Assembly: GCA_012295275.1 (NCBI GenBank)
Contig: CM022675.1
Coordinates: 13,826,001 to 13,890,000, forward strand
DNA length: 64,000 nucleotides
Origin: Chrysomallon squamiferum
Lineage: Eukaryota > Animalia > Mollusca
Direction of reading: 5' to 3'
Shown here: positions 1-21,286 of the stretch, piece by piece
How the letters are laid out: each line of letters opens with the position of its first letter
How positions within the stretch are numbered: the first letter of the stretch is position 1
Made by a program: the position numbers and the translations under genes
Notes under the pieces: model-generated
Told to the model about the DNA's origin: nothing
The model's database searches: none
What the model saw: the letters and a program-made list of their open reading frames with translations, nothing else

Positions 1-922
1 AATAATAATAATAATATATGTATAAAAAAAGAAAACTGAAAAAAAAAAAGTAAAAAATTAATATACTTTAACATTTCTTTAGTTATTTTTCTATATATAT
101 TTTTTAGACTAGTAACATTTTTTTAGATTCTCGGAATTGTCTGGTGATATCTATACATTTTGTTTACTTCTCATTTATTTTGTAAATAACAGAAATCAGG
201 TAATTTGTGTAGCCAAGATGTTTTAAAAAGAATAAAATTACCATTTTGTTCTGTTTTCTCATTGTCAATTTTATGTTTCCAAATTTTATTTCAAAGTTAA
301 TTTATTTAACACACAAATGCCCACATATACATATTAACTAAACAAAATGAATAATAATAATAATTGCATATGCATGGTAACAAAGATTGTTTGAGTGTTA
401 ATATTTAAAAGTATAGTTGTAGAAGAAACAACACAAAGACAAACAGCCAAACAACCATGTCTTTATTGACATAAACGTGAAAAAAATATGCATTAAATTT
501 CTAATTGCAACATGATGCAAAACTCCATTAAGCTACGATCATTGCTACAATCCATTAAATACTTGATACCTTTGTCACAAAACTCTTCTCTCTGCTTGCC
601 TGAAATCAATCTACACAGACACTAACAAATGGCAAAAATAAATATATAGTAATAATAATAAAAGGAAAAACAAGGAAAAATAGAGCATCTGAACATGCCA
701 GCACTGTATCATAAACAAAAATCTATCACATTTCAACAGAATCGATTTTTTTTAAAAATATATTGGAATTGATTCCCATCATAAGCATCTATTAAGCATA
801 TTTTGTTGTTCTGGTGTTTCAGTGAACTAAAACGAGATAAGCTACCAAATTTTCTCAGTCTATTCCTTCAGTTGACTCTGCCTCAGAACCAATCATCACT
901 CTCATTCTTTATCAAATGAACG

Positions 923-1225
923 AAAACAATAATTATATAATGCAACTGATTTTGTTATGATTAGAACCTATGCAATTAAAACAATAATTACATAATGTGC
1001 AATGCAATTGATTTTATTATGATTAGATCTACGAAATACAATCAAAACAGTAATTTGCGTGCAATGCAACTGATTTCATTATGATTGGAACTAAGTAGTA
1101 AAATTAGAACAATAATTACGTAGTGTGCAATGCAACAGATTTTGTTATGATTGGACCTACAGCAGTGTACAATTAAAACAGTAATTACGTAGTGTGCAAT
1201 GCAACTGATTTTATTATGATTGAAA
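923..1225. repeat. Degenerate tandem repeat, about 55-69 bp unit, 5 copies
   Basis: Recurring AAAACAATAATTAC..GTGCAATGCAACTGATTTT.TTATGATT. Confidence 0.85.
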
Positions 1226-2471
1226 TTGGAGAAAAATTTATGATTTAAAATACTCATAATGATCACTGCAGCCATCTTTTCCTTTCTGTAACATTCCTGA
1301 ATCCAAACAAAAATCTCTTCTCTATCAGAACAACATGATTTGTTATCTGAAACTTGGAGACAAAGTCAGATGCAAAGACAGATGCAAAGACTAACTCATG
1401 ATGTTTTTATCATCCTTCATATTGCTTGCTATACAGTATTCCTTAGGGCTTATATATTTCATGGAAATCTTGTTAGATTTGGAGAAACCAGAGGAAAAAT
1501 AATTAAAGAATGTTTATAAACAGTTCTATATGCAAACAGCCAACAGTAATATGTTATTGTAATAGTGATTCTTTTTTTTTCTTAAATTAAACAAGATGTT
1601 TATGTTGTATATAATAATAATAATAATTTCACAATGGTATTTATGATGCTAGCATCTATTCAAAGTATTTATTAACAAATCTGTTACAGTCAATCTGTCT
1701 GACAATCAATAATCCAGTTCATTAGGAATTGTGTTACATTTTTCATCTTCCTATAACTCTGATGGTTTGTTTTTTGTATGAGTAATAATAACAATAATTA
1801 AAACAATAATACTAATAATACCACTACTACTAATAATAAATATAACAGAAATTAAAGTATATAACTGTACAGTATTCTTACCATTGTAAAATAATTTATT
1901 ACTACCGTTTCCTAAAGGAAAAAATAAAAAAAATAAAAATTAGGATATTGTAAGCAGAATAAGATAGAGTTAACTGGATAACTGGATTAGTGATGGTTAA
2001 CATACAACCCTGATGGCAAACAATTCTTTACATGACCATAGCAATCTTCCAGTTACATTTATATCTAAATCACATACTTGTTTCGAACAATGGAATGCAT
2101 AGAAAAATAAATCTATATGTGACCACAACTAGCTTTCTTCCAACATTCACAGTTTACATATTTTAGCTGCAGTTCTAACCTCAGTACAAGATAAAGACCA
2201 ACAGTTTAATCTCAGGAATTAACAAAGTTCAGTTTCAGTGCTGACTGCTTTCATTTATGTACCTACAATTTAAAATCTTTCTCTTTTGTTTTGTTCTAGT
2301 TGTTAGTTCTGTTAGTATTGGTTTTTGAAAATAATAATATTTAAAAGCAAAAGTAAAATACATATTTGATATGCCACATCAAAAACATAATATAAATTTA
2401 ATTATTATTTTTTATCCACTGAAATGGAGAGAGAAAAAAAAAAATTATACTAAACACTGTATATAGCAGTC

Positions 2472-2517
<46 letters not shown>

Positions 2518-4035
2518 TTGATAATAATGAACTACTTGTCTTGACTGTTGTGGTAATAAATGGTTGCAATTGTTGTGGTTGTAAAGTTCCCAGGAATAAA
2601 TTGTTGGTCTATAGCAGTACTCATTTCAACAGTACTGATCATGATAACTCAGTCAAAAATCAACAGTATTTTCAAGATAGATAAACTAACATTAAGAAAA
2701 ATCTAATTGAAATATAAAAAATGAGATTCTTGTTTCATGCAAAACAATCACAGCAAAGCCTAAATATATATTTAATTAATCTTACTTTCAAAAACACTTT
2801 TGTCGTAACAGAGCCAACAACATATAAATATACTCAACAATAAAAATTTTCATGTAGATCAAAAATAAACTTTCCCATTAAAAAGAAAAATCCAACCTGG
2901 TGTCAAAGAGCAGTCACTAGTCAATATCAATCTATGTTCCTGTATATTTACATGTATATATATACATACATACATACATACACATATTTATTAGACATGT
3001 ATGTAATACTGATTTATATATAATTCTTTATTCCTCTGTACAATTGTTTTAATAATTTAGTTCATTGCCATTGAAGCGATTATGTACAAATATATCACAA
3101 CTGTAGTTTTAGATTGTCACAAAATTCTAAATAACAGATCTTGACACAACTTTCCCCAGATGAGGAATTTTATTTTTATTTATTAATATTTTCTGAAAAC
3201 TCTATTTACAATTATGAACATATTTTTCTTACTTAAATATGAAAAATATAATTTTTTGACATCTATGTAAATAATACACTTTTTTCCCCCTAACCCATCA
3301 CAATAATTGTTTTTAAATTAAAGCTATTTCATAAAGATACAACTATATTAAAACTTTCACATTTTAAAATTCCTGGAAGCAATCATAGATTTACACAACA
3401 AAGACATCAAGTAAATTACTGGTCTTTCTTTAACATCTTTGCATCATGCTGCACACAAATTCTAAATGGTCTAAACAAAACTTCTTACCAAACAATGTGC
3501 AACAACAAAGCAGTGGAATGTCTAAAAAATATATCCACCAATTACTGAACCTGCTACAAGCCACTTTTAAGTACTAGTCAAATACTGTCCATCGTGGAAG
3601 CGATTTAAAACAGATTTACACTAGAAATTAAAAAATGTTGGACTAGGACATACTATGTGCTTACTACAGTTAACTATGTACCATGGGAAGGGGTGAGGTG
3701 TGGAAGGCACATTTAAAAAATTTATTTTTTGCTAGAAATGATTTATCATCTCTATAATTTGTTGTTTGGTCTGTGAAATTTAAACTTGTGAGATTCTTCA
3801 CTGAATGTTTCATGACATCAAACATTAAAAAAATAAATCAGTCAACAATAAAAAGGATTACTCTTCAATAATCTCCAATTAAAAATATAATTTGGTCCTT
3901 TTCTTTACACATAAACAATACTGATAATTAAACATTTATTTTCTATAAGCAACTAAATAAATTTTCAAGATGAGCAGCAAGTAGCAGGAAATAAAAAAAC
4001 AATTAAATAAAATAAATTAAAAAAAATATATATTA

Positions 4036-4069
<34 letters not shown>

Positions 4070-7000
4070 AAAACAAACAAAAAAATAGTAATAATATATA
4101 TATAAAATAATAAATAAATAAAAATAAATAAAAATAAATAAATAAATAAATAAATATATAAATATATAAATAAATAAACAAACAAATAAATACCAGTGGA
4201 ATGTGACATTAATAACTACTATATTGTTTGATTGTAGTCAGATTACTTTTAAAAAAATTAAATAAAAAAATCTGGAAATACTTGCACAATAATATTATAA
4301 ATATATATATAAATGAAATATGGCTTAGCTATCTAAAACCATTATGCAAGCTTTACAACAGTATTCAGCTATAATATACTTGCACATTTAATGCTTCAAA
4401 TCACTATTTATAAATGTGCTACTAATACCAAACTAATTACAATATATTGTTGGGTCTTAAATTAAGTTCCCTGCATCAATTACATTAAAAACTACTTTGC
4501 TGAACACCCCAGTTACTGAAAGTTCATCAAAGCAAGATGAAATATTTAGATCCCTTTTCTCAAGATGATTTAATTATCCAAATCATGTTATTAAACATTT
4601 CTTGTAAGAACAAATTTAGAAAAATATTTTTCTTTAAAGTAAAATATTATTTGAGGAAAATTAAAACAAATAATAAAAGAAAGAAAATGAAAAATCAACA
4701 TATTTGTTATTTTTAAACCATCCAAAGCATAAGCTAATACATAAAAATTATTTAATGTATCCAATCAAATTTCATTAAAAGCTGCACCAATGTTTGAAGA
4801 TTAAATTTTATATTTCTCATCTGTAAATTTTTATATTCATCCATGAAAATGGAATTGTCATTGGAATTATCAAAAATATTCTGAGCCATACAAAATGAGT
4901 AAGTAATTAAAAACGAGATGTTTCACCTCATCCAAACGTCCAGTCTAATGATTTCATATATCTGTTCATAACAATTCGATTCATATTAATGTTTGTTCAG
5001 AGCCAGTATTTAGTGCAACTTATCTTAATGTATTTTGATAAAACTTGTAATACTATATTTTATGAAAAATAATTGCATTTGATTAGTCAATCCATACCTT
5101 ATTTTGCAAATAATATCAATATGTTATAGTTTTCTGATAGTAATAAATTACCTTAATATATTCATCTAGAACTTAGTATAGTTATACATTTTCATAAGCC
5201 TTCAAAAATAAGCAATTAATAGGTTCACAACTGATGCAGGTTTTGATTGAAAAGTTTGATAAAGTGAAACAGGGAACCTTTACAGATGTTTATGGTAAAA
5301 CTATGAATATAAGTATTTTTTTGTGTTTTTTTCTTGTTTTTATCTTTTATAAAATGTATATTGAAATAAATTAAAAGGAACAGTGGCAGTATTTTAAAAG
5401 TAATGTTGTGAGAGACAGTGTACTATTCAAAGTCCTCCTACTAAGTCACAGAAAGTTTGTTTACTTTCACAACCATAGATCCTTCCTGTTATGACTGAAA
5501 ACAACCTGCCTATATACTGCAGTATTAAAACTATTTTCTACACTGTAAATGCTATTTAAAAATGTGAACCAAATTCTGTGTTGTGCAAATCACAAACAAA
5601 AGAGATCATTATTTAACAAACCATCACAACCTGACAGGTCTGCCATTATTCATCTTTCATATAACAAATACCTGTCCTTTTGATATGTATCCAACTAACT
5701 CACTATATAAATGAATACCAGTTTAAAAAAAAAAAACTAAAATAATAATATAAAACCTCTACAAAATTTCTTCTAACTGCTATGATGTGCATTTATTTTG
5801 TGGCAATAATTAGCTCAACATATTTCCAAAGTAGCCTTAAAGTCTAGCTTTCAGATAAACATTATTTGTTTTAAAATAATAATAGAACAGACTGCTGCAA
5901 GAATCTCACTGAACAATTAAAAATATTATTTTTGTTAAATTTACAAATAGTTTTTATTAGTAAGAATTATTTAAAGATTTAAAAATATGATTATCAGTTG
6001 AAAAATAAAAGCTTTTTATTACTTTCTTCTACAAAACAGAAAATTAAATATGCCAGTGTGGGATTATCATTTAGTTTCTGGATATCTATACAATACCATT
6101 TTGTTCATCTATTCATATTAGTGAAACCTACTGTCACAATGTTATTATAAATAAGATATATGAATAACTATATTTCTTTATACATAACCATGACAACCAT
6201 AAATAACAAGTAAAAGGTAAGTAAGTAGCTCAACTATATAACAATAAAAAATTGTAACTACCTTAAACAGTGACAAATACAGATCTCTGATAACAGCTAT
6301 AAATACAATAGTATAATTAATGATTGGAATTGCTGATCATGAGCGAAAAATATCATCATACAAAAATATATTATTTGTACACAATACCCAAATCGATATA
6401 GGGCCAGATTAATCGTTTTACAACAAAATTCAATGAGCTTTTACTGCACACTGTTCATCCTGTGGGTGCCCAATATTTTCTTAATTTATTATACATTATA
6501 CAAATAATAATAATACATATATACATACATACACAGCAAAATATATGTCTGTGTGTGTATGTATGTGTATAAACCTTGCTTTTTTCAATAATTCATGTAC
6601 AATATTACCGCTAATTTAAATAAAATATTTAGATCTGAAATGTATGTGATTTAACACTAAACTGCAACACAAACAAAATCTGCAATCTGCTAAATTGTGT
6701 AGTATTTTATAGGAACTGTAAATAACAACACCGTAAACATTTACATTCATACATCCTGAAAACAAACAAAAAAATTGGTTTTTGATTTAAATGACATGAA
6801 ACCTAAATTAAAAGATAAAATGAAAACACAACAGTAAGCACCCACAACAGATGAACATTCATATGGCATCTTTTTTTTTTTTTATCCTGTAAGAGTCTAT
6901 TATATATTTTTATTACTACAACATACATGGCCCTGGGTTAAGCATGTGACTTTGCATCAGTTTATGAATACAATGTACAATGTGTCACAACAGTCATCAA

Positions 7001-7569
7001 ATATAAAAATATTCTGCAGTAAAAAAGAAAAAAGAAGAAGAAAAAAACTGTGATTGATTTGTCAAAGCTAATATTATATTTATATACACACATACATATA
7101 TATACACAAACACATTTATATATATGGCACAAAGAACTAACCACCTCTCAGACTACAGCCTCATAAAAAATAAAATAAAATAATTAGAAAATGCTAGTCA
7201 CAGGCTACTAGAAAAAATAAATTAATCATCATCTTTTTTCTTTTCAAACAATAAAATGAACATTTATTTTCTATCATGTTACTAGCACATGCCATCATTT
7301 GTTGCAGTTGTTAAATTTAAATATATGTATAGATATAAACAAATTAACCAACATTATTGTACAGAGAAATTGCACTTTGTAATGGTAACTGCCACTGGGA
7401 GATTTTTGTACTTTTTTTGTAAGACACTAGAGTACAAATAATAATTTTAAAAATGTACTGCGTAACCAAATTTTTTAATAAAGGACAAGATAATATGGAA
7501 ATATATTTAAACATTTTCTGGTATATATATATATATATAAACAGTATGTGTACTCACATACACAAAATA

Positions 7570-7596
7570 ATAAAAATAATAATAACAACAACAACA

Positions 7597-7660
<64 letters not shown>

Positions 7661-7669
7661 TAACAATAC

Positions 7670-7731
<62 letters not shown>
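7570..7731. repeat. (AAT)n microsatellite
   Basis: Long AAT run; it produces the poly-I/N/L ORFs in the track. Confidence 0.95.
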
Positions 7732-7734
<3 letters not shown>

Positions 7735-10446
7735 AACTATTAATATTTATATGCTAGATAGTAACAAAAAAATTATAATTCTTTGACATTTAAAAGTTTT
7801 AATAAAAGTTTAAATTTCTTATTTAAACAAAGATTGCACCAAACAGAATTAGTCATATAATAATAATGGTTTCCAATGACAAATTTAAAATAATAATTAT
7901 TTTGAGGGTTTTTGGGATGGGTGGGTCGGGAATTGTTTTGGTAAAACATTTATACAAGAGATATGAAATATATTTTCTTAAAAAAAAATCTATTAAATCT
8001 ATCTCAGTCAAAAACCTGATTTAATATCATTTTCTTTATTTCTGCAATGATTTTTTCTCTTTTTCTTTCTTTTAAAAACATCTAATATTTACTCTGGCAA
8101 ATTTTCTTTCAAATAATTAAAGATGAGTTGCAATGAAGCTAATTTTAACCTTAGACTCATAATATTGCCACACTGGATAAATTATTTTAGCATCAAACTT
8201 AACCACACCTACTTAGCAATCAACATTTACTACATTATCACTTATTTTTAAAACATGTCCAATTAAAATTGTCTGGAATGGAATATTATATTTAAGAAGT
8301 TAAATATATATGTGTAATGAGACAAACTTTCAACAGTGTTTGAAATGTGCAAAATGAATATTTTACACTCTCACATGTTAATTTCTCCTAAATGCCAATT
8401 ATCTTTCATGAATTATAAATATAAATATAAATGTTGTCACCAGTTATTAATGTACATCACAAATGAAAAACTTAACAATAACAGCAATGATCAGAATATC
8501 TTGAAGAAAAAAGAAAATAGTAAGAAACATATGGTGGATATTTCAGTTAACTGTATTTATATGTTTGGAAATAAATATTCAGTCAATAAAAATTTTTGAG
8601 ACATATAAATATTATCACAGCTTCAAAATATACAAAATAATGGCATGACCAGATCCAATTTCATTCTCAAGCCATACACAGAGATGACATCAAGATTCAA
8701 GTTTAAGAAAATGCTATGTAAAGTATGAAAATAGAATTTTTAAACTACTTAATTATTTAATACACAACACCATGATCTCAGTAAAGAAAACAGCTACTGG
8801 TTCTGTTCCGAGATTTCTGTTGCAGCAGCTGCAAGCACACAAACAACTATTTAATGCAGGTCTCAGGATTTCAAAACAGCAACACCGTTTCTTCATGTTT
8901 TCACGGATACAAGCTGCTGTCGGTCTAACTTGTCACACATTCAATGAATTTTGAAATCATTCACATCCATGTGGCAAACCATCTGATTGTTTTCAGTGTT
9001 CACACAGAACAAGAAAACATTCAGTTTCAACACTGAATGTGACCATTATCACTGACAAACATTGCACAAATCCAAAAGAACTTCTGAAAATGACAGGTAC
9101 TGGCAAAGCTCTGCTAATAATCCATTTACTTAAATCTGCAACATCCATGACTTTCAATTATTTCCAACTCAGTTCTGTTTGAACATTCTTTTCTCTCTGA
9201 AATCCAAAGTTCTACAAGCAACTAGAAGCTACAAATCTATCTAAGCTAGATAAAAAATATTCTAGTATCTCTACTCTTGAAAAATATAACACTTTGAAAT
9301 TTCCTTACATATACATAGATTGGAATATGAAAATGATGACATTACAACACAGATTAAAATAAATGGTCAGACATCAGTTAAAAACTGTATAAACTGTCAT
9401 GCTTATACAAATACTGTTGTAAACATTGATGCCTGTGGATTAACATAATAATGCATTCATCAACAATGAATTCATCTTTAATTTTGAGCCAAATCATTCA
9501 AGACATTCAAAAATTAATATATTTTTGTAAACATTAAACTCTTTTTTTTAAAATAACAAATAACTTTTAATAAAGTAGAATAACAGAGTTAAAACTTTCC
9601 ATCATTGCGTTGCTTTTTATCACATGTCTATGTTTCATATGATAAATTTATGTAATGCAAAAATATTAAATTAGAATCAAAATGCTGTTGTCTTTAAAAG
9701 TACACAGAAAAATAGTTTAATGGTTTTCTGAATCCATAGTTAGATAAATTAACTGTTTTTTATTACCACACACAGTCAGCAGCCATACAAAATTTTCAAG
9801 TGACGTCTGATTATTTTTAACACAATCCTACACTAAGCTATTACTCAATCAACTCTGTAAACTTGATTATCTGAACACAGTTTGCTCTCCAAACTGTCTT
9901 AAGTGGAGATAATTTTCAACCTGAGCCACATGTAAATAATCTACAGGTAAGAAAATAGACTTTGCCATTATTTTTAAAAACCTTGCCTTGCATATTACAC
10001 TTTTTAAGTCAGCTAATCAGCTATGGTGTCCTTTTATATCTAAGTGAAAAATATATTGTTGACAGATCGTCTTAAGAAAGAAAAAAGCTTTAGCACCCAG
10101 AATGAATAAATAGCACTATTAAATTACAAGACCAATCTGAAGTTAAAAAATTAGACGTTAGAAATAATTTACAAATCACGAAATTTTTATGTTTTATGTT
10201 TTTTTGTTAACTAATTTATACTAGGTGATTTGTAATCATAGTTTACAAGACACATAACATTGTAAGAGATCAGTCAGTAACTACCAGTTAGAACAATTAA
10301 AGAATCTCAGAAATCTACTAAAATCATATTAAAACATATGATTCTAATGAAAAATGCAAATAAACCTCTTTTATATTAATCTAACCAATCAACACTAGCC
10401 TATCATCTACAATTCTCAGATCTGAGAAAGGTGAGTGCAGTTATTA

Positions 10447-16959
<6,513 letters not shown>

Positions 16960-17238
16960 TGACGTTCATTTTGCTAAATCTAATCATTTACTCATACTAT
17001 TTTCCAAAATGGATTAATGATATATACTTCAATCAGTGAACGATCAAAACAGCCTGATTTGCTTGGATAACATCTTATATAATAAGAAATTAATATTATG
17101 CACACAAAATATATAAATTGGTTGAAAATAATTTTATAAAGAAAAAATACTTTTCTTAATATTGAAATAGGTGTGCAGGAGAGATTATCAAAGTCGTTTG
17201 AGTACCGTTAGCATGACGTCATAAGCCAGTAATATGAC

Positions 17239-17241
<3 letters not shown>

Positions 17242-17306
<65 letters not shown>
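17242..17306. repeat. (GA)n microsatellite
   Basis: Perfect GA run upstream of MEIOC. Confidence 0.95.
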
Positions 17307-17310
<4 letters not shown>

Positions 17311-17652
17311 CTTCATTATATAACATACATGAATATAATATTAAAATAAATATTCCATTCTATATTTTTACTTAATTGTTTTTTTGGTATTATATTAGCA
17401 ACAACAATACCAATATGTTGTTGTTATTGTTGTAATCGTCGTTGTCGCTGTTGCTGCTGCTGTTCTGTTCTTTCTCTACTTGTAGACTTTAGTAATGGAA
17501 AATCGAACGGCCTTATCTCTGTTTAAAACATTGTTATTTGTTAGACGAAGATAAAGCATTATTATCAACAGACACAGATATATATATAAATGCATAAAAA
17601 CGTCCATTTATACATACATTCATATATGCGTTCACTTTCATACGTGTACATT

Positions 17653-17780
17653 CATACATACATACATATATACAGACATACATACATACATACATACATA
17701 CATACATACATACATACATACATACATACATACATACATACATACATACTTGTATATACATATATATACATGCATACATT
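17653..17780. repeat. (TACA)n microsatellite
   Basis: Long CATA run. Confidence 0.95.
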
Positions 17781-18190
17781 CGTACGTACGTACAAACCGG
17801 ACATCATATGGAGTTTGTTATTGGCTCTGGGGCATGATCCTCTTTGTTTCTGATAAAATTTGATTGTGAGAAAATGCGTTGCTATTTTATATAAATTAAT
17901 TAGAAAAATGGAGGTTATTTACTAATGACTTTCTAGCATATCATGGCAGGCTTATCGAACAGCAAAATTAATGATGTAGATCTATATACAAATCTGATAT
18001 TAATATGCAATGACAGAAAAGAATTGGGCCGGGACCATTCTCAAATGCAAATAAAATTCTGTCCAATGAAAAATTCTTTGACGGCGATCTCTGTTGGTCA
18101 AATTAACTGCAAGACGAAATTATACACTGAAAAACGAAAATGAATATCTGGATATGTCCACTAAAATAGCTAACCAACCAACCAACAGAA

Positions 18191-18233
<43 letters not shown>

Positions 18234-18908
18234 GACAAATTTTATTATTTTCAAATATTTCTTAATTTTATTATTAATTATTTTTAATTTTTAATTCATG
18301 TAACGTTAATATACCTATATCCATGTCATTTATTTTCCACGGTGTATCTCAGTATCACCTAGAACTGTACACAACACAAATATATATTTTAGATGTTTGT
18401 TGTTGTCTGTTTTTGTTGTTGTTGTTGTTGTTGTTGTTTTTGGTTTTTGTTTGTTTTCAGTTCAGAATTCTGTAATACTGATCAGAATATTTAATTTCTT
18501 TCATATTTATTATCGACAATTAGAAACAATGTTTAAATTATATTACATTTTAAAAAACAAAACTTTCCTCCAGTTTCAACAGAAGTCGTAAGCATTTTTA
18601 AAGTAAAAGTGTGTTATAGATGGTATCATAATTGTACCGGCTTTTCCTTCAACCTCCCTCGAAAATAAACAGGATAACAATAACAAACATAAACACAAGT
18701 CAGCTGACCAGAACTAATCTATTTTTAATTCACAGAAGAAAATATCGTTTTAAATAAACTTTTGCACATAATTTATATATTCAGGAAAACGTATGTTAAG
18801 TCGCTTGTGTCAGACGTGATATAAATAGTATCTTAGCTATGAAAACTTAATACATAAATAATATTTACAGTCGAATCTGTAGTTCAAAACAGGAACTCCA
18901 ATGCTGTC

Positions 18909-19017
<109 letters not shown>

Positions 19018-21286
19018 GCTCACATATTACAAACAGCTTACTTTCAAATATAAACGTATAATAATTTGTGATTTTAATGATGTACAAGAATTAAGTTAAT
19101 TTATAAATTGTGCAGCTTTTTATTAAAAAGAAAAATATTACAATGAGTAATATTTCACAACACACGTATTTCAAAAAGAAAAAAAAAACACAAACAAACC
19201 CCCCCAAAAAAAACAACGACTGTCTGCATTACGTTAGCTGACACATTAAACAAACAAGTATTGTGCGATGATATAAAATAGTGATAACAGAACAGTTTTG
19301 AAGCATTTTGAGAATCACCAATATCTGATAGTAATTAAGTTTAAAAGCTTAACCCATAAAAAGTTCAAGAATAAATTGTACTTTCTGTATTATAAAACTT
19401 GTTATTATGTCAAACCAGCGATCTTTGAAAATAGTAATGGCAGTAATATTTGAGCACCCGTGTTCTTAGAAAAATTCCCCATAAGCTGAGTAAATATTTG
19501 ACGTTATCATTTTCCTCAGTCTATCAAGTTTTATTTCGTTTCATTAACTATATATTTCTTATTTATTTATTTATTTATTTATTTTTTTTTTTAATAAATA
19601 AATAAATAAAATACAATTTTAAAAAGTAAAAAGTGAAATAAAATGAAAACAACACAAAACAAAAAATCCCCCGCCTTTTGGTACTATATATTTATGTTAT
19701 TTATTTGGACCAAATCATATATTTAAAAATGCATTTTAAATAAATAAATAGTTGAAAAGTAGATGACATTTAATTAACTCATTTGGTTCTGGATAGGTTC
19801 TTGGATCAATTCTTAATACTGAACCTGCAATGTTTATGTCCATTCCAGCTAACAAATAATTCAGCAGCAACAAGAAGAAAAAGCGAAACCGCAAACTCTG
19901 TTAAAGAAATATTTTATTGTACACATAATTTTGTTTTGTTTACATTCAGAAACACTTTCATACACTCTGATTCATCAAGATAAATAAAGACAGTGTCACA
20001 CACTTATTCACAAAATTAACAATAATTATAATTAGACATTAACTTTGAGAAATCTATTTCAGGATTTCTGCAAGAGTAGAACAAATAGTGCTTTTCCTTA
20101 TTGAAATTTTTAAAGAACAGCCAAATTTACATATGAAGAAAGAGCTGTTAAAAATGTTCTGATTTTTTAAAAATATTTGCAAAGAGGCACAATTTAAACT
20201 GATATATATTTAACCATCTTTTAAAGAAAATGAAATAAGTAGGCCAACTACTATGCCAAAGAAACTAATACACAATTTTTTGTAACAAAAAACATCTGTG
20301 CAGCAGCAAGGAAAATAACATGGGTCTTATAAATGCATGAAAAAAAATTAACAAAAAAAATAAAAATGTAAAAAAATAAATAAAAAGTAAAAAAGTACAA
20401 GAAAAATCAAAATCCCTTCTCCTAATTACAATAAAAATACCAGCTCATTCATTTGTTCAAAAGTTTTAATGTTTTTATTACCATTTTAAAAACAAATGTA
20501 TTCCAATGTTGTTATTATACAGCAAATGAAAATATTTTTATATTAAACATAAATATATATATATAAACAGTGATGTTCTGAATGAATTAAAGTAAAATTA
20601 AAATTCAACATTTGTAACATCATCACAAATTACTGAACAGCCATCTTGTTACATTTTGTTAAATAATTAAATATACATATCACAATTATGTGTGCAGTAA
20701 CAAATTTACATAATTATGTAGCAAATCTGTATAGAATAATCATTATGTGATTTCTACTTTACCTTTTTTAATTTTTCAATTTTTTTAAACTTTATTTTCA
20801 ATTATAATAATTGTAACTAAAAATAGTTTATACATTTATTTATGGGTGAATAAAAAGAGGAACGCAAAGGAAACAGATTATTTTATTTTATTACATTAAG
20901 AAGTAAAACATATAGATATTTTTATTTAAACTCATATTTGTAGTAAACAATGTCAATTTCACAAGCCATTTTAACCAAATTTTCTCCATATTTTCTTTTC
21001 TCTTTTCACTTTGATTATAAAATCAGAGCTTCATTTCCAAAACATCCGTAATTTTAGCAAAACTTTATTTTTCAATTTTCTTGACCTTCACCTGCACAGT
21101 CAGAATAAATTCAGAATGTTTTGATTCACCATGCAACAAAAAAGTTTACATTTAAAAATTATTTTAAAATAAGCCAAAACACTATTACAGATTTCTTTCC
21201 AGTCTTTCAAATTTTACAATGACTTCCTGGCTAAATTTACGTCAGTTTGTTTCTAGCTGTTCTGTCCAGTCAGACAACGTTCACAT

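Noticed and set aside
1042-1275. Cys/His-periodic 77 aa ORF as a metal-binding peptide
   Set aside because: It arises from a degenerate tandem repeat of variable unit length, with no promoter or splice context.
7453-7757. Poly-I/L/N ORFs, and similar ORFs at 17534, 18884, 42921-43657, 53643, 55840 and 62913
   Set aside because: These are translations of microsatellites and minisatellites.
8770-9200. GC-richer block as a possible hidden coding exon
   Set aside because: Only ORFs of 60 aa or less, with no recognisable homology or consistent splice signals.
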